A DNA stretch of 64,000 nucleotides from an uncultured candidate division Zixibacteria bacterium (GTDB lineage: Bacteria; Zixibacteria; MSB-5A5; SM1-73). Under the pieces are notes generated by a model. It worked only from the letters and a program-made list of their open reading frames with translations, had not been told where the DNA came from and did no database searches. The position numbers and the translations under genes were made by a program. Each line of letters opens with the position of its first letter. Position 1 is the stretch's first letter. Shown one piece after another: positions 38,589 to 49,040 of this stretch. Location of the stretch: assembly GCA_903908285.1 (NCBI GenBank), contig CAIVRH010000029.1, positions 102,037-166,036 of the forward strand. The letters run 5' to 3'.

Positions 38589-39320
38589 CTAATCCGTTTC
38601 TTTAGTCGCCCAACACACTTTAAGTCCCACCCAGAATTCGTTTTCATCGTTTATGGTTTGATTGGGGACGATGACGTAATTAACGGAAGGGCTTATGGTT
38701 ATGTTCTTAAGGGCAAAATCGGCAGAGACTCCGAAATTTATGTCTGACCAACCCTGTTCTACTCCAATCTTATGATATTGGTTGGTATAACCAACTGTTA
38801 TTGATGGGTTAAGGGTTTGGTTTTTGATCTGGAAAAGTTGGTTTAATGAGAAAGTGCTGTAAATCCCATCGCCCAGGTTAAAATCATAATAAATGGTCCA
38901 AGTGGGGGAAAAAGGTACGAAACAGACAGTTATACCGGTGTATATCTCCGGAGTGGTGGAACTCCTGTCCGGCCATCCGGTCAAACTGGGGAAAGTATAA
39001 TAACCTCCTCCGGCAGATAAAGTTAACCTATCGAAGAGATCTCGACTATATCCAGCGATCACATCGGCTTCGACAAAATTTGTATCTGCCAAGGCAATTG
39101 CTGACCAAAGGTTAAGCCAGAAGCCACTCTTACCGAAATTTAAAGTACAGGATGGCTGTATGGCCGGTCGGTCGTCAGAGATAGTGTCGAATCCTCTCCA
39201 GATGTATTTCGATACTAATGTGAGATCGCCGCAAAACTCTATCTTTGAAAACGCGGATGAAGGGAACAGAATGAGAAAAAGTCCGGCGTAGACGAAGCGG
39301 GAAGCTTTGTTTCGGATCAT
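38589..39320 (-). CDS. putative outer-membrane beta-barrel (TorF/Gcw_chp-like)
   Basis: Signal peptide; S.YIWRG, PAIQP, GF.L..W.S, E.D...GY pattern. Confidence 0.7.
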   Translation of the reverse strand: MIRNKASRFVYAGLFLILFPSSAFSKIEFCGDLTLVSKYIWRGFDTISDDRPAIQPSCTLNFGKSGFWLNLWSAIALADTNFVEADVIAGYSRDLFDRLTLSAGGGYYTFPSLTGWPDRSSTTPEIYTGITVCFVPFSPTWTIYYDFNLGDGIYSTFSLNQLFQIKNQTLNPSITVGYTNQYHKIGVEQGWSDINFGVSADFALKNITISPSVNYVIVPNQTINDENEFWVGLKVCWATKETD

Positions 39321-39471
39321 ACGGAACTAAACCTGTAAAGACGTGTTTTCTTTTAGTATATTGCTCTCCGGTGAAATTTAGTTGAATTCCGGGCTGAAGT
39401 CAATCGTATTCTATTTCTGATGAATGAAAACGGCAGAAGATATTTCCGTTTCGGTAAAAACAACAAAACCG

Positions 39472-39499
39472 TTGACAAAAGCGGATTTTGTGTTAGATT
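39472..39499 (+). promoter_or_regulatory. sigma70-type promoter
   Basis: TTGACA-16-TAGATT upstream of the M1 peptidase. Confidence 0.45.
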
Positions 39500-39595
39500 G
39501 TTATAGGCTGAACTCATAAGTAGAATTCGGGTTTGGCCTTTTTATTCGGCTGTTTTACTTGTGGTTAACAATTCAAATCCTTAAGGAGGTTTTAA

Positions 39596-41836
39596 GTGAA
39601 ACGTTTTCTATTTTTTTCTCTATTGGTGTCTTTTGTGTTATCTTTCTGGATCGGGGGTAGCGTCGCCCTTGCCCAAAATCTGAATGCACCTCAAAAAGAA
39701 ACGATCTACACCGACCAAAACACCACCCCCAGCCAATTTCACCAGATGGAAGCAGCCATGAAGCAACAGAGATTGAACGAAATCCGTAAGCTGGGAATTG
39801 CCTTCCCCTTAAAAGAGACTAAGAACCAGAGCGATTTTGATGCCCGGTACTACCGTTTGGATCTTAAACTCAATGACACCACCCAGATTCTGACCGGAGC
39901 AGTATATCTCTACGGAACAGCGTTGATCAACAGCTTCAATGTGGTGGAGCTGAATTTCTTCGATAATGCGCAGATGTATGTGGACTCATGCAAAAGCAAC
40001 AACGGGATTTTATCTTTCAATCGGGGCAGCAACATCCTTCGCATATTTCTGAATGGCACTTATAACTCCGGCCAGCCCTTTGGAGTAACCGTTTACTATC
40101 ACGGCCATCCCCTGGAGGGGGGGCTTCAGTCGTTCGATTGGAGCACCCACGGCAGCCCGTCTGTGCCGATCATCAGCACCTTGAGCGAGCCCTATTTTGC
40201 CCAATCCTGGTGGCCATGTAAAGATCTTCCCCGGGACAAGGCGGATTCGGTTGATATCAATGTGACTGTCCGCAGCGATTTATATGTGGCTTCCAACGGG
40301 CTTTTGAGGGAGATAGTCAACAACGGTTCCACCAAAACTTATAAATGGCACGAGAAGTATCCCATCGCCACCTATTTAGTCATGCTTGCCACAACCAATT
40401 ATTCCATCTTCTCCAACTGGTACCATAATCTGTCCGGCGACTCCATACCGGTGACCTATTACGTATACCCGGAATACTTGTCGCAGGCTCAATCCACTTA
40501 TCCGGTTACCCCATCCATGATCCGATTCTTTGCCGAAACATTCGGTGAATATCCCTGGGTGGAGGAAAAATACGGGATGGCTCATTTCACCTGGGGCGGG
40601 GCGATGGAGCATCAAACCTGCACCAGCATACTGTATAATTGGTATTCCGATTGGGTGATAGCCCACGAGCTGGCTCATCAGTGGTGGGGTGACTATATCA
40701 CCTGCCACAACTGGCATCATATCTGGCTGAATGAGGGATTTGCTTCCTATTGCGAAGCCCTGTGGGAGGAACATCTCGGGGGATCCAGCGGCTATCATTC
40801 CTACATGAACGGCATGCAATTCTTCAGTGGGGGAAGCATCTTCATACAGGATACTACAGATGCTAATGGCATCTTCGGCAACATAGTTTACGATAAAGGA
40901 GCGCAGGTTTTGCATATGCTCAGACATATCGTGGGCGACTCCACCTCCTTCCGGATTTTCAGAGATTTTTATTCCGATCCCCGCTATGCTAACGGGGTGG
41001 CAGAAACCGAGGATTTCCAGGGTATATGTGAAGCCGCTTCCGGCATGGATTTGAATTATTTCTTTCAGGAATGGATTTACGGAACCTACTATCCCAAATA
41101 TCAGTATTCCTTTATGACCGAACCGGCCGGCGGAGGAACGGCTACCGATGTTTACATCCATATCAATCAGACTCAGACCACCAATCCCACTTATTTCACC
41201 ATGCCGATAGATTTGAGGGTCACATCGTCAACCAAAGATACCATTGCAGTTGGTTTCAACGATCCGCGCCACAAAGATTTCAAGGTACGAGTACCCGGCA
41301 CCAATGTCAGTGTGAATTTAGATCCGAATGTCTGGATTTTAAGAACGGTCAGCTCCACCACTTATGGGATGAACATAGTCACCACTGATCTTGAGGCTGC
41401 ATCTCAGTTGTCCGCTTATGCGGAGACCTTAATGGCCAAGGGAGGCACCCTGCCATACAAGTGGAAATTGGACAGCGGAAATCTGCCGGATGGGCTTCAG
41501 CTGGATTCTTTAACCGGAGTAATATCCGGAGTTCCGACGGTAAAAGACAGCTTTGATTTTACGGTAAAGGTAACCGATTCCAGCGCACCGAACAAAACCG
41601 ATACCCAACCGCTTTATATCCTGGTGGGTGATAGTCCGTTCATCCGGGGAGATGTCAACCGCGACGGGTTGGTGGATATAGGTGATGTGATATACCTGAT
41701 CAGTAATCTGTATATTCACGGACCGGATCCTCTGCCCTACGCCGCAGGCGACGTCAATTGTGATGGCATAATTGAGGTGTCGGATATTATCTATCTGATC
41801 AATTATCTGTTTAAATCCGGTCCGGGACCCTGCTAA
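39596..41836 (+). CDS. secreted M1 aminopeptidase with Ig-like (He_PIG) and dockerin domains
   Basis: GGAMEH, HELAHQWWG..WLNEGFASY, YDKGA; LP.GL.L...TGVISG.PT; two dockerin repeats. Confidence 0.92.
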   Translation: MKRFLFFSLLVSFVLSFWIGGSVALAQNLNAPQKETIYTDQNTTPSQFHQMEAAMKQQRLNEIRKLGIAFPLKETKNQSDFDARYYRLDLKLNDTTQILTGAVYLYGTALINSFNVVELNFFDNAQMYVDSCKSNNGILSFNRGSNILRIFLNGTYNSGQPFGVTVYYHGHPLEGGLQSFDWSTHGSPSVPIISTLSEPYFAQSWWPCKDLPRDKADSVDINVTVRSDLYVASNGLLREIVNNGSTKTYKWHEKYPIATYLVMLATTNYSIFSNWYHNLSGDSIPVTYYVYPEYLSQAQSTYPVTPSMIRFFAETFGEYPWVEEKYGMAHFTWGGAMEHQTCTSILYNWYSDWVIAHELAHQWWGDYITCHNWHHIWLNEGFASYCEALWEEHLGGSSGYHSYMNGMQFFSGGSIFIQDTTDANGIFGNIVYDKGAQVLHMLRHIVGDSTSFRIFRDFYSDPRYANGVAETEDFQGICEAASGMDLNYFFQEWIYGTYYPKYQYSFMTEPAGGGTATDVYIHINQTQTTNPTYFTMPIDLRVTSSTKDTIAVGFNDPRHKDFKVRVPGTNVSVNLDPNVWILRTVSSTTYGMNIVTTDLEAASQLSAYAETLMAKGGTLPYKWKLDSGNLPDGLQLDSLTGVISGVPTVKDSFDFTVKVTDSSAPNKTDTQPLYILVGDSPFIRGDVNRDGLVDIGDVIYLISNLYIHGPDPLPYAAGDVNCDGIIEVSDIIYLINYLFKSGPGPC

Positions 41837-41934
41837 AATCGTCCACGGTCCACCGCTTTTCATGGCAAGAGATGGATTATACCATGAACCACCATCTGTG
41901 AGCTTTGAACTAAACTAAGGGGGAGCATCATATA

Positions 41935-41973
41935 GCCCCGATCTCGAAGGTTATGGGATCGGGGCATTTTTTT
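41935..41973 (+). terminator. intrinsic terminator
   Basis: GCCCCGATC...GATCGGGGC followed by a T-run. Confidence 0.75.
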
Positions 41974-42237
41974 GGTGATCCAACCTGATGCCTCCGTTCC
42001 TTTGAGATCCAACCAATGCCTAACGTGGCTCATCCCTTCTGCAGGTGAAACTGTTCGACTCATACCGGAGAAAGAAAATCAAATATTAATGCAGTATTCC
42101 ACTCACTCCGACTCTCTGATCGAAGGGAAAGAGAAATCTGTTATCGTACTTCTCTTATGACCGGGTGAGGTTCTTTTCTTTGCTCTTCCGGAGGGAGCAT
42201 GATAACTAAAAGGATGAGTCAACGAGGAGACTAAAAT

Positions 42238-42270
42238 GTAAGACCCCCGTAAAAAATGCGGGGGTCTTAC
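42238..42270. terminator. hairpin after cyclophilin
   Basis: GTAAGACCCCCG-taaaaaatg-CGGGGGTCTTAC 12-bp stem. Confidence 0.65.
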
Positions 42271-42278
42271 ACGAACAG

Positions 42279-42920
42279 CTATGTCGGGACATGTTGCTTC
42301 TTCTCGTATACCTTGGTCATTGTCACCTTGTCCACAGGAACATCTCCCGGACCGGTTTTTACCGCTGCGATCTTGTCCACTGTGTCCATCCCCTGGATCA
42401 CCTTGCCGAAGACCACGTAGTTATTGTCTAAGCTGGGGAGTTCTTTTAAACAGATATAGAACTGGCTTCCGGCCGAGTTCGGATCCTGCGAACGCGCCAT
42501 CCCCAGAAAGCCCCGTAGATGTTTGGTGCTGGCTTTCTCGAAAGGTATGGAATATCCCGGGCCGCCGGTTCCATCACCGGCCGGGTCACCACCCTGGATC
42601 ACAAAATTAGGGATAATACGATGGAAGGTGAGTCCATCGTAAAAGCCGCTGTTGGTCAATCTCAGGAAATTCTCCGCCGTCTTGGGAGTTTCCTTCCAGA
42701 AAAGCTCCAACTCGATGGGTCCATAGTTGGTCTCCATCACCACGATCGGATTCTTGTCCCGCACTATCGGCTCCTGCGAAATGGGTTTGGTTTCCGGCGC
42801 CTTAGTCTCTGCTACCTGGGCCGGCTGCTCCTCCGCTTTCTGGGTTTTCACTTCCTCCTTTTTGCCGCAGCTAATAAGGAAAAAGAGTGCTAAAACCGAG
42901 AGGATGAAAATCTTTTTCAT
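42279..42920 (-). CDS. cyclophilin-type peptidyl-prolyl isomerase, lipoprotein
   Basis: Lipobox LISC; FHRII..FVIQGGDP, GMAR, SAGSQFYI, Y.VFG.V. Confidence 0.93.
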   Translation of the reverse strand: MKKIFILSVLALFFLISCGKKEEVKTQKAEEQPAQVAETKAPETKPISQEPIVRDKNPIVVMETNYGPIELELFWKETPKTAENFLRLTNSGFYDGLTFHRIIPNFVIQGGDPAGDGTGGPGYSIPFEKASTKHLRGFLGMARSQDPNSAGSQFYICLKELPSLDNNYVVFGKVIQGMDTVDKIAAVKTGPGDVPVDKVTMTKVYEKKQHVPT

Positions 42921-42953
42921 CTCTCCTCCTAAGATTAGATGGTAAATAATCTA

Positions 42954-44543
42954 TTACTTTTTTCCGTCCAAGATCTGCTCCACCTCTTTTTTCTCAAAGT
43001 CCATCACCCAGGGAATGCCGGATATCTCTGTTGCCTCTTTAGTCAAGGAAGCGATATCGTCTCGGGTGATATATTCCAAAGCGAATTTCCGATTGCCACT
43101 CATCAGCTGTCTTAAGCCCTGAGCCAGCCTCTGCGCGTAGGTGTAGAGTCCCATAGCGCCGGGGGGGACCTTCTTGAAGGCGGCCTCGCCCAGCTTCCGC
43201 TTCAACTCCGGAGCGGTGACAAAGATCTCCTCCGGGGTATTGCCGAATCTCTCGATGAATACCGGGACCATTCCTTCGTTGATTCTTTTGCCGATGGTCT
43301 TCCCCACCATGGCGGCGGCGATGAAACCTCGGGCCATTCCGATCAGCTTGAAATAAGGGGCGCCCAAGGCCAACCCTTTCATGATCTGATCTTCAAAGGT
43401 AAAACCGCCGGCTATCGCGATATCCGGGACATATTCACCCTTCTTGGCCAGCCGGTCCGCATATTGATACAGAAGCGAATGCAGTTCCACGGAAGGGATT
43501 CCCCATTCGTTCATCATCCTCCACGGGCTCATTCCGGTTCCGCCACCCGCACCGTCGACCGTCAACAGATCGAGTTTGGCCATAGAGGCGAACTTGATCG
43601 CCCGAGCCAAATCCACCGGACGGTAAGCTCCGGTCTTTAAGAAAATATGCTTTGCTCCCAAGTCTCTCAGTTCTTTGACTCTCTTCATGAACCCTTCCTC
43701 GGTTACCATTCCGACCCGGGAATGCCTTTCGAACTCCTTGAAGCTCCCCTGCTTGAAAGCTTCGATATTGGCCGGATCCAGCGGGTCAGGCAGGACCACG
43801 TATCCTCTTTTCTTCAACAGCTGGGCTTTCTCCAGGTTGCTGATTTTGACTTCTCCGCCGATATCCTTGGCTCCCTGTCCCCATTTCAGCTCCACCACCT
43901 CCACCCCCAGTTTGGTCAGCCCGTATTCCAAGACACCCAGCATGGTATCTTCCACGTTGGCCTGAAGGACGATGGCGCCGTATCCATCCTGCTGCCAATC
44001 TTTGTACAGCTTCACCCTCCAGGAAAGATCCGGAGCATGCTTCACTTTTCCATTCTCGATCACCGACTCCACATCCATTCCCACCACGTTTTCCCCGATG
44101 GTCAGAGGAAATCCGGCTAAGGCGGCACCTATTGCCAAACCTTCCCAGTTATTCTTAGCGATGTTGGTCGAGCCCAATCCGGGAATGATGAAGGGAAGCC
44201 TGACTTTGATCTTGGGATCGTTCCCGATCCTTGTCTCCAGTTTCACATTAGGAAAGATAGCCACATTGGAATCCTCGGCAATTCCTTTGGCTCCTACTGC
44301 CGTACCCATGATGGTAAAATGGGACAGATCCACCGGGTAGTTCTTTTCGGAGGCTGCGGTGATGATCCCGAAGGGTTGAGGATAGATCACCTCCGCTCCC
44401 CGGTAGGCCGATTTTCCGATCTCGCACATTCCAATACACCCGTCCACGCAGGTGACGCACATTCCGCTGAATGGACTGACCGATTCCTCAGTCCGGTTTT
44501 TGGTTAATGTCGCGGCGGTTGCATTAAGTCTGGTTAACGACAT
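42954..44543 (-). CDS. FMN-binding glutamate synthase family protein (GltB domain-2 only)
   Basis: ELKWGQGAKDIGGE and DGAGGGTG motifs; N-terminal C..C..GC...C cluster; no amidotransferase domain. Confidence 0.88.
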   Translation of the reverse strand: MSLTRLNATAATLTKNRTEESVSPFSGMCVTCVDGCIGMCEIGKSAYRGAEVIYPQPFGIITAASEKNYPVDLSHFTIMGTAVGAKGIAEDSNVAIFPNVKLETRIGNDPKIKVRLPFIIPGLGSTNIAKNNWEGLAIGAALAGFPLTIGENVVGMDVESVIENGKVKHAPDLSWRVKLYKDWQQDGYGAIVLQANVEDTMLGVLEYGLTKLGVEVVELKWGQGAKDIGGEVKISNLEKAQLLKKRGYVVLPDPLDPANIEAFKQGSFKEFERHSRVGMVTEEGFMKRVKELRDLGAKHIFLKTGAYRPVDLARAIKFASMAKLDLLTVDGAGGGTGMSPWRMMNEWGIPSVELHSLLYQYADRLAKKGEYVPDIAIAGGFTFEDQIMKGLALGAPYFKLIGMARGFIAAAMVGKTIGKRINEGMVPVFIERFGNTPEEIFVTAPELKRKLGEAAFKKVPPGAMGLYTYAQRLAQGLRQLMSGNRKFALEYITRDDIASLTKEATEISGIPWVMDFEKKEVEQILDGKK

Positions 44544-44705
44544 ACACTTGCTCCTTTCAATTTATGAATAATTCTCTTTTTCTGCGAATCTTGTCATTGG
44601 TTTTAACGGTTGCAAAATTCATTTCCACGTCAATTGATGGAAGCTTGCAGATGAGAATAAAAACGACTTCGATTCACCCGTCTTGAGCTTCGACACCAAA
44701 ATCGA

Positions 44706-45386
44706 TTATTTCTTCTTAACCTCCTCCTTCAAACACTGACAGCAAGGATCCAAATAACACAACGCATCCTCGTATTCCTCCAGGCAGACCGGCGAAACAT
44801 TCAAGCAGGAACCGCAAACCACCCCCGGAGCATCCGGTCCCTGGCAGCGAAGCTGGCAGGCCGGGCAGATATACATGCATCCTCCGCACAGCCGGCATTC
44901 TTCGGATCGAATATCAAAAGGCGTGGTGATCTTCCGGGTTTCCCCTCGGTTCACGAAACCGATGGCTTTGCCGGACATCTGTTCGGAACACATCCGGACG
45001 CATAACCCGCACAGGATACAATCGTCATGCCGCACTTTGAACCGGGTTTTCTGGACTTCCATGGAAGCCGCCAGATCCTGGATGGTTTTAGAATCCGGGC
45101 AGGTGGCCAAGAGAAGCTCTACCACCATCTTGCGCGCGGCACTCACCCTGCGGGTGTGGGTCCTGACCTCCAAGCCCTCTTCGGCCGGATAGGTGCAGGA
45201 TGAGACCAGCTTGGCGTTTGGCCCGGTCCCAATCTCGACCAAGCAGAGCCGGCACGCCCCGTAAGGGGACAATCCTTCATAGTGGCACAGGGTGGGTATG
45301 GGAAGCCCGTAAAAACGCGCGGTTTCGAGCAAAGTCCACCCCTCTTCGGCTTGTACATCCACTCCATTCAGTTTTAATTTCAACAT
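44706..45386 (-). CDS. 2Fe-2S/4Fe-4S protein (NuoG/HydA N-terminal-like, no catalytic domain)
   Basis: IPTLC..GACRLC.VE..SC; CILCGLCVRMC; CRLCGGCMYICP; Cys-rich tail. Confidence 0.88.
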   Translation of the reverse strand: MLKLKLNGVDVQAEEGWTLLETARFYGLPIPTLCHYEGLSPYGACRLCLVEIGTGPNAKLVSSCTYPAEEGLEVRTHTRRVSAARKMVVELLLATCPDSKTIQDLAASMEVQKTRFKVRHDDCILCGLCVRMCSEQMSGKAIGFVNRGETRKITTPFDIRSEECRLCGGCMYICPACQLRCQGPDAPGVVCGSCLNVSPVCLEEYEDALCYLDPCCQCLKEEVKKK

Positions 45387-45423
45387 AGGTTTTTCCTTTA
45401 TCTTGCGCTTTATAGATTACGAT

Positions 45424-48400
45424 CTAGTCGATTTCTTCAGGTTCCAGCTCGCATCGCAGACAACGCCTGGCCTCCTGCATCGCCATCTTTTCATCCAATC
45501 CCAATTCCACCTCTTTGAAGCTTTTATGCCTCTCTTCAATTGAGAGAGAGGGCATATCCGGCCGCTCAAGGGAAGCTAATTCCTCTTCGGTCAATTCCAG
45601 CGCTTCAACTAAAATAGAGGGCTTGGTGACTTCATAGGTTCGGGCCATGCTTTCCCCCTTCAAATATCTGTCGATGGATTCGGATGCGACCTTGCCCGCA
45701 GCCATAGCCTCTACCACTGTGTTGGCGCCGGTCACCACATCCCCACCCGCAAATACCCCCTCCTTATTGGTAAGCAAAGTTTCCGGATTCACCAGGATGG
45801 TTCCGCTCTTGGAAATATCCACGCCGCAGTCCTCCGACAAGAATGAAGTGTCCGGTTGTTCTCCAATGGCCAAAATCAAAGTATCCAATTCGATTTTAAA
45901 CTCGGATCCGGGAACAGGAACGGGTCTTCTTCGCCCGCTTTCATCCGGTTCTCCCATCTCCATCCGGATGCATTCAATACCAACCAATTTACCGTTCTCT
46001 CTTATAACTTTCACCGGCGCAGTCAATAATTTGATGTCGATCCCCTCTTCCAAAGCATCCTCCACCTCTTTTTTACCTCCTCTTTCTTTGAAAGCGGGCA
46101 TCTCGGTTTTGGTTCGTCGATAGATGATGCTTACTTTCTCGCAACCGGGAAGTCGGATCGATACTCTGGAAGAATCGACCGCCGCATTTCCCCCGCCGAT
46201 GATCCCGACTCTTTTACCGATTTTGGCCTCTTTCCCCAAATTGACTGCAATCAGGAATTTCATTGATTCCAAAACTCCTTCCCCCTCTTCCCCCGGAATT
46301 CCCAATTTCCAGCTCTTGTAAGCACCGGTAGCGATGAATACCGCTTGATACCCTTTCTTAAAAAGTTCATCCAAGGAGAAATCCTTACCCAATGCTTGAT
46401 TGGTCTTTATGGTCACGCCTGCCGATTTAATAGCTTCGATGTCTGCATTGAGCATCTTCCGGGGAAGCCGGTGTTCAGGAATTCCCAATGCCAGCATCCC
46501 TCCGGCCACCGGTGCGGACTCGTAAATCGTCACCTCATATCCTTTTTGAGCCAAATAGAATCCACAGGTCAGACCGGACGGACCCGAACCGATAATGGCC
46601 ACTTTCTCCTCCCGGGTTTTTTGGAACCCCTTCTTCGGTCTGATCCCATGGGCTGTGGCATAATCCATGGCAAATCTTTTCAGAGCCCGGATGGAAATGG
46701 GATCGCCCGATTCTCCGGCCCGGCACTTGGACTCACAGGGATGATGACATACCCGGGCACAGATCGAGGGCAGAGGATTATCCTTAAGGATGATCTCCGC
46801 GGCTTTGGCAAATTCGCCCCGGGCGATCAAAGCGATATATACGCATCCCTCCTGGTTGATGGGACAGGTGTGCTGGCAGGGGGAGGAAATGATCTTCTTA
46901 CAAACTACCGCCGGACATCTTTTGTATTTAATGTGAGCTTCATATTCGTCTCGAAAGTACCTTAAAGTACTGAGGACCGGATTAGGTGCGCTCTGTCCCA
47001 AACCACACATGGTGCTGTCCTTGACCGTCCGGGCCAACTCTTCCAGAAGCTGAATATCTGCCATGGTTCCTTTTCCATCAGTTATATCCGTCACGATCTC
47101 CAACATTCTGACGATCCCCTCCCGGCAGGTGAAGCATTTACCGCAGGATTCGTCTTTGAGGAAGTTGAGGAAGTATTTGGCCACATCCACCATGCAGGTA
47201 TCCTCGTCCATCACCACCATGCCGCCGGAACCCATCATGGATCCGACCTCGGTCAGCTTCTCATAATCCACCGGCAGATCCAAAAGCTTGGCCGGCATAC
47301 AGCCGCCCGATGGTCCGCCGGTTTGAACCGCCTTGAACTTTTTCCCTTTGGGGATACCGCCGCCGATATCTTCTATGATCTCCCGGAGTTTTATCCCCAT
47401 GGGAACTTCCACCAAACCGGTATTGTTTATTTTCCCCACTAACGAGAATATTTTCGTTCCTTTACTGGTTTCTGTACCAATCCGCGAAAACCAATCTGCT
47501 CCGTTTTTTATTATTAAAGGAATATTGGCCCAAGTTTCTACGTTGTTTATGTTGGTGGGTTTGCCCCACAGTCCTTTTTGCACCGGATAAGGGGGTCTCT
47601 GCCTGGGTTCACCAAATCTTCCCTCTACCGAAGCAATCAGAGCTGTCTCCTCGCCGCATACGAAGGCACCCGCACCTTTGACGATATTTATATCGAAATT
47701 AAAGCCTGAACCCAATATGTCTTCACCCAAAAGCCCGAATTGCTTGGCTTGATCTATAGCCAAGGAAATGTTTTTTACAGCTAAAGGATATTCATTCCTC
47801 ACATAAATGTAACCCTCTTTAGCCCCTATGGCCAAAGCACCGATTAACATCCCTTCCAGAACAGCATGGGGGTTCCCTTCCAAAAGGCTTCGGTCCATGT
47901 AAGCACCCGGATCACCTTCATCCGCATTGCAGATTAAGTATTTTACATCCCCTTTTGATTTCTTGCAGAATTCCCATTTGTAGGCGGTAGGAAATCCCGC
48001 CCCCCCTCTTCCTCTTAAACCCGATTGTTTCACGGTAGAAATTATTTCTTCGGGAGATGAGCTGCTCAAAACTTTGATAAAGGCTTTATAACCCCCTACC
48101 GCCAGATAATCATTAATATTCTCCGGGTCGATGAAGCCGTTATTCTCAAAGATAATTCTCTGTTGTTTTTTATAAAAAGGTACGTCTTTCTCATGTACTA
48201 TTTTTTCCCCGGTGTTCGGATCGATATAAAGTAAGCGATCGATCACTCGGTTATTAACGATAGACTCCGACACTATCTCCGGTATGTCTTCGATCTTTAC
48301 TTTCTGGTAGAATATCCCCGCCGGATGAATAACTACGATTGGACCCCGCTCGCAAAAACCGTGACATCCTGTCGCTCTGATGTTTACTTTATCATTTAAG

Positions 48401-48585
48401 CTCTTTTTGTTAATCTCATCCGAAAATGCTTTTACCACCTTCTCGCAACCGTAAGCATGACAGCCCGTTCCACTGCATACGGTGATACAGGGTTTTTTAT
48501 CGGCGCTTCTTTCCCTCATCTTAGTCTCGATGATGTTCTTCAGGTCCTCTATGGTTTTCATCTTGATAGCCTTTCTTTGTGGCAC
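45424..48585 (-). CDS. NuoF/HydB-like flavoprotein fused to a GltD-like FAD/NADPH oxidoreductase
   Basis: N-terminal 2Fe-2S; GLRGRGGAGFP, NADEGDPGAYMDR, CGEETAL, GGPSGGC, ESCGKC..CR; then PCQ.TCP, IGSGPSG, GGGNAAVD..YRR, FAGGD. Confidence 0.92.
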   Translation of the reverse strand: MPQRKAIKMKTIEDLKNIIETKMRERSADKKPCITVCSGTGCHAYGCEKVVKAFSDEINKKSLNDKVNIRATGCHGFCERGPIVVIHPAGIFYQKVKIEDIPEIVSESIVNNRVIDRLLYIDPNTGEKIVHEKDVPFYKKQQRIIFENNGFIDPENINDYLAVGGYKAFIKVLSSSSPEEIISTVKQSGLRGRGGAGFPTAYKWEFCKKSKGDVKYLICNADEGDPGAYMDRSLLEGNPHAVLEGMLIGALAIGAKEGYIYVRNEYPLAVKNISLAIDQAKQFGLLGEDILGSGFNFDINIVKGAGAFVCGEETALIASVEGRFGEPRQRPPYPVQKGLWGKPTNINNVETWANIPLIIKNGADWFSRIGTETSKGTKIFSLVGKINNTGLVEVPMGIKLREIIEDIGGGIPKGKKFKAVQTGGPSGGCMPAKLLDLPVDYEKLTEVGSMMGSGGMVVMDEDTCMVDVAKYFLNFLKDESCGKCFTCREGIVRMLEIVTDITDGKGTMADIQLLEELARTVKDSTMCGLGQSAPNPVLSTLRYFRDEYEAHIKYKRCPAVVCKKIISSPCQHTCPINQEGCVYIALIARGEFAKAAEIILKDNPLPSICARVCHHPCESKCRAGESGDPISIRALKRFAMDYATAHGIRPKKGFQKTREEKVAIIGSGPSGLTCGFYLAQKGYEVTIYESAPVAGGMLALGIPEHRLPRKMLNADIEAIKSAGVTIKTNQALGKDFSLDELFKKGYQAVFIATGAYKSWKLGIPGEEGEGVLESMKFLIAVNLGKEAKIGKRVGIIGGGNAAVDSSRVSIRLPGCEKVSIIYRRTKTEMPAFKERGGKKEVEDALEEGIDIKLLTAPVKVIRENGKLVGIECIRMEMGEPDESGRRRPVPVPGSEFKIELDTLILAIGEQPDTSFLSEDCGVDISKSGTILVNPETLLTNKEGVFAGGDVVTGANTVVEAMAAGKVASESIDRYLKGESMARTYEVTKPSILVEALELTEEELASLERPDMPSLSIEERHKSFKEVELGLDEKMAMQEARRCLRCELEPEEID

Positions 48586-48597
48586 GAATGAATGATT

Positions 48598-49005
48598 CTA
48601 ATTACTTTTTAAAAATCGCGAATATTTATCGTAGAATGCTCTGATTTCTGTATCCAAATCTTCAAACTCTATCAGATGCTTCTTGCAACCTCTACGGGAG
48701 CATATCTGGACCGTACCACCCTCGGCAAATCTCATGGGGATCATGGGAGCTTCACACAGCTCACAGATGCGGGTGGATTTAAGTTCCTTCTGGCAGTGGG
48801 GGCAAAAGAAGGAAGCCACCTTCCTATCGGGAACGAAAACATCGGTCTCAATATTATAGCTTCCGTACAAAGAAGAAAAATAAAGAAAGCCTTTCTTTTT
48901 TTCGTAGCCTATAGACACTTTCACACTGGGATGTTCATCGATCTTGTGGGTCTCGTCCATCAAACTTTTCCCACAATGTGGACATTTGATATTCAACTGA
49001 ATCAT
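48598..49005 (-). CDS. small Cys-rich (zinc-ribbon-like) protein within the oxidoreductase operon
   Basis: CPHC twice, CELC, CSRRGC..H; ATG 49005. Confidence 0.75.
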   Translation of the reverse strand: MIQLNIKCPHCGKSLMDETHKIDEHPSVKVSIGYEKKKGFLYFSSLYGSYNIETDVFVPDRKVASFFCPHCQKELKSTRICELCEAPMIPMRFAEGGTVQICSRRGCKKHLIEFEDLDTEIRAFYDKYSRFLKSN

Positions 49006-49040
49006 AATAATTCTCCCCGAATGTTTGAAAGAAATATCGA

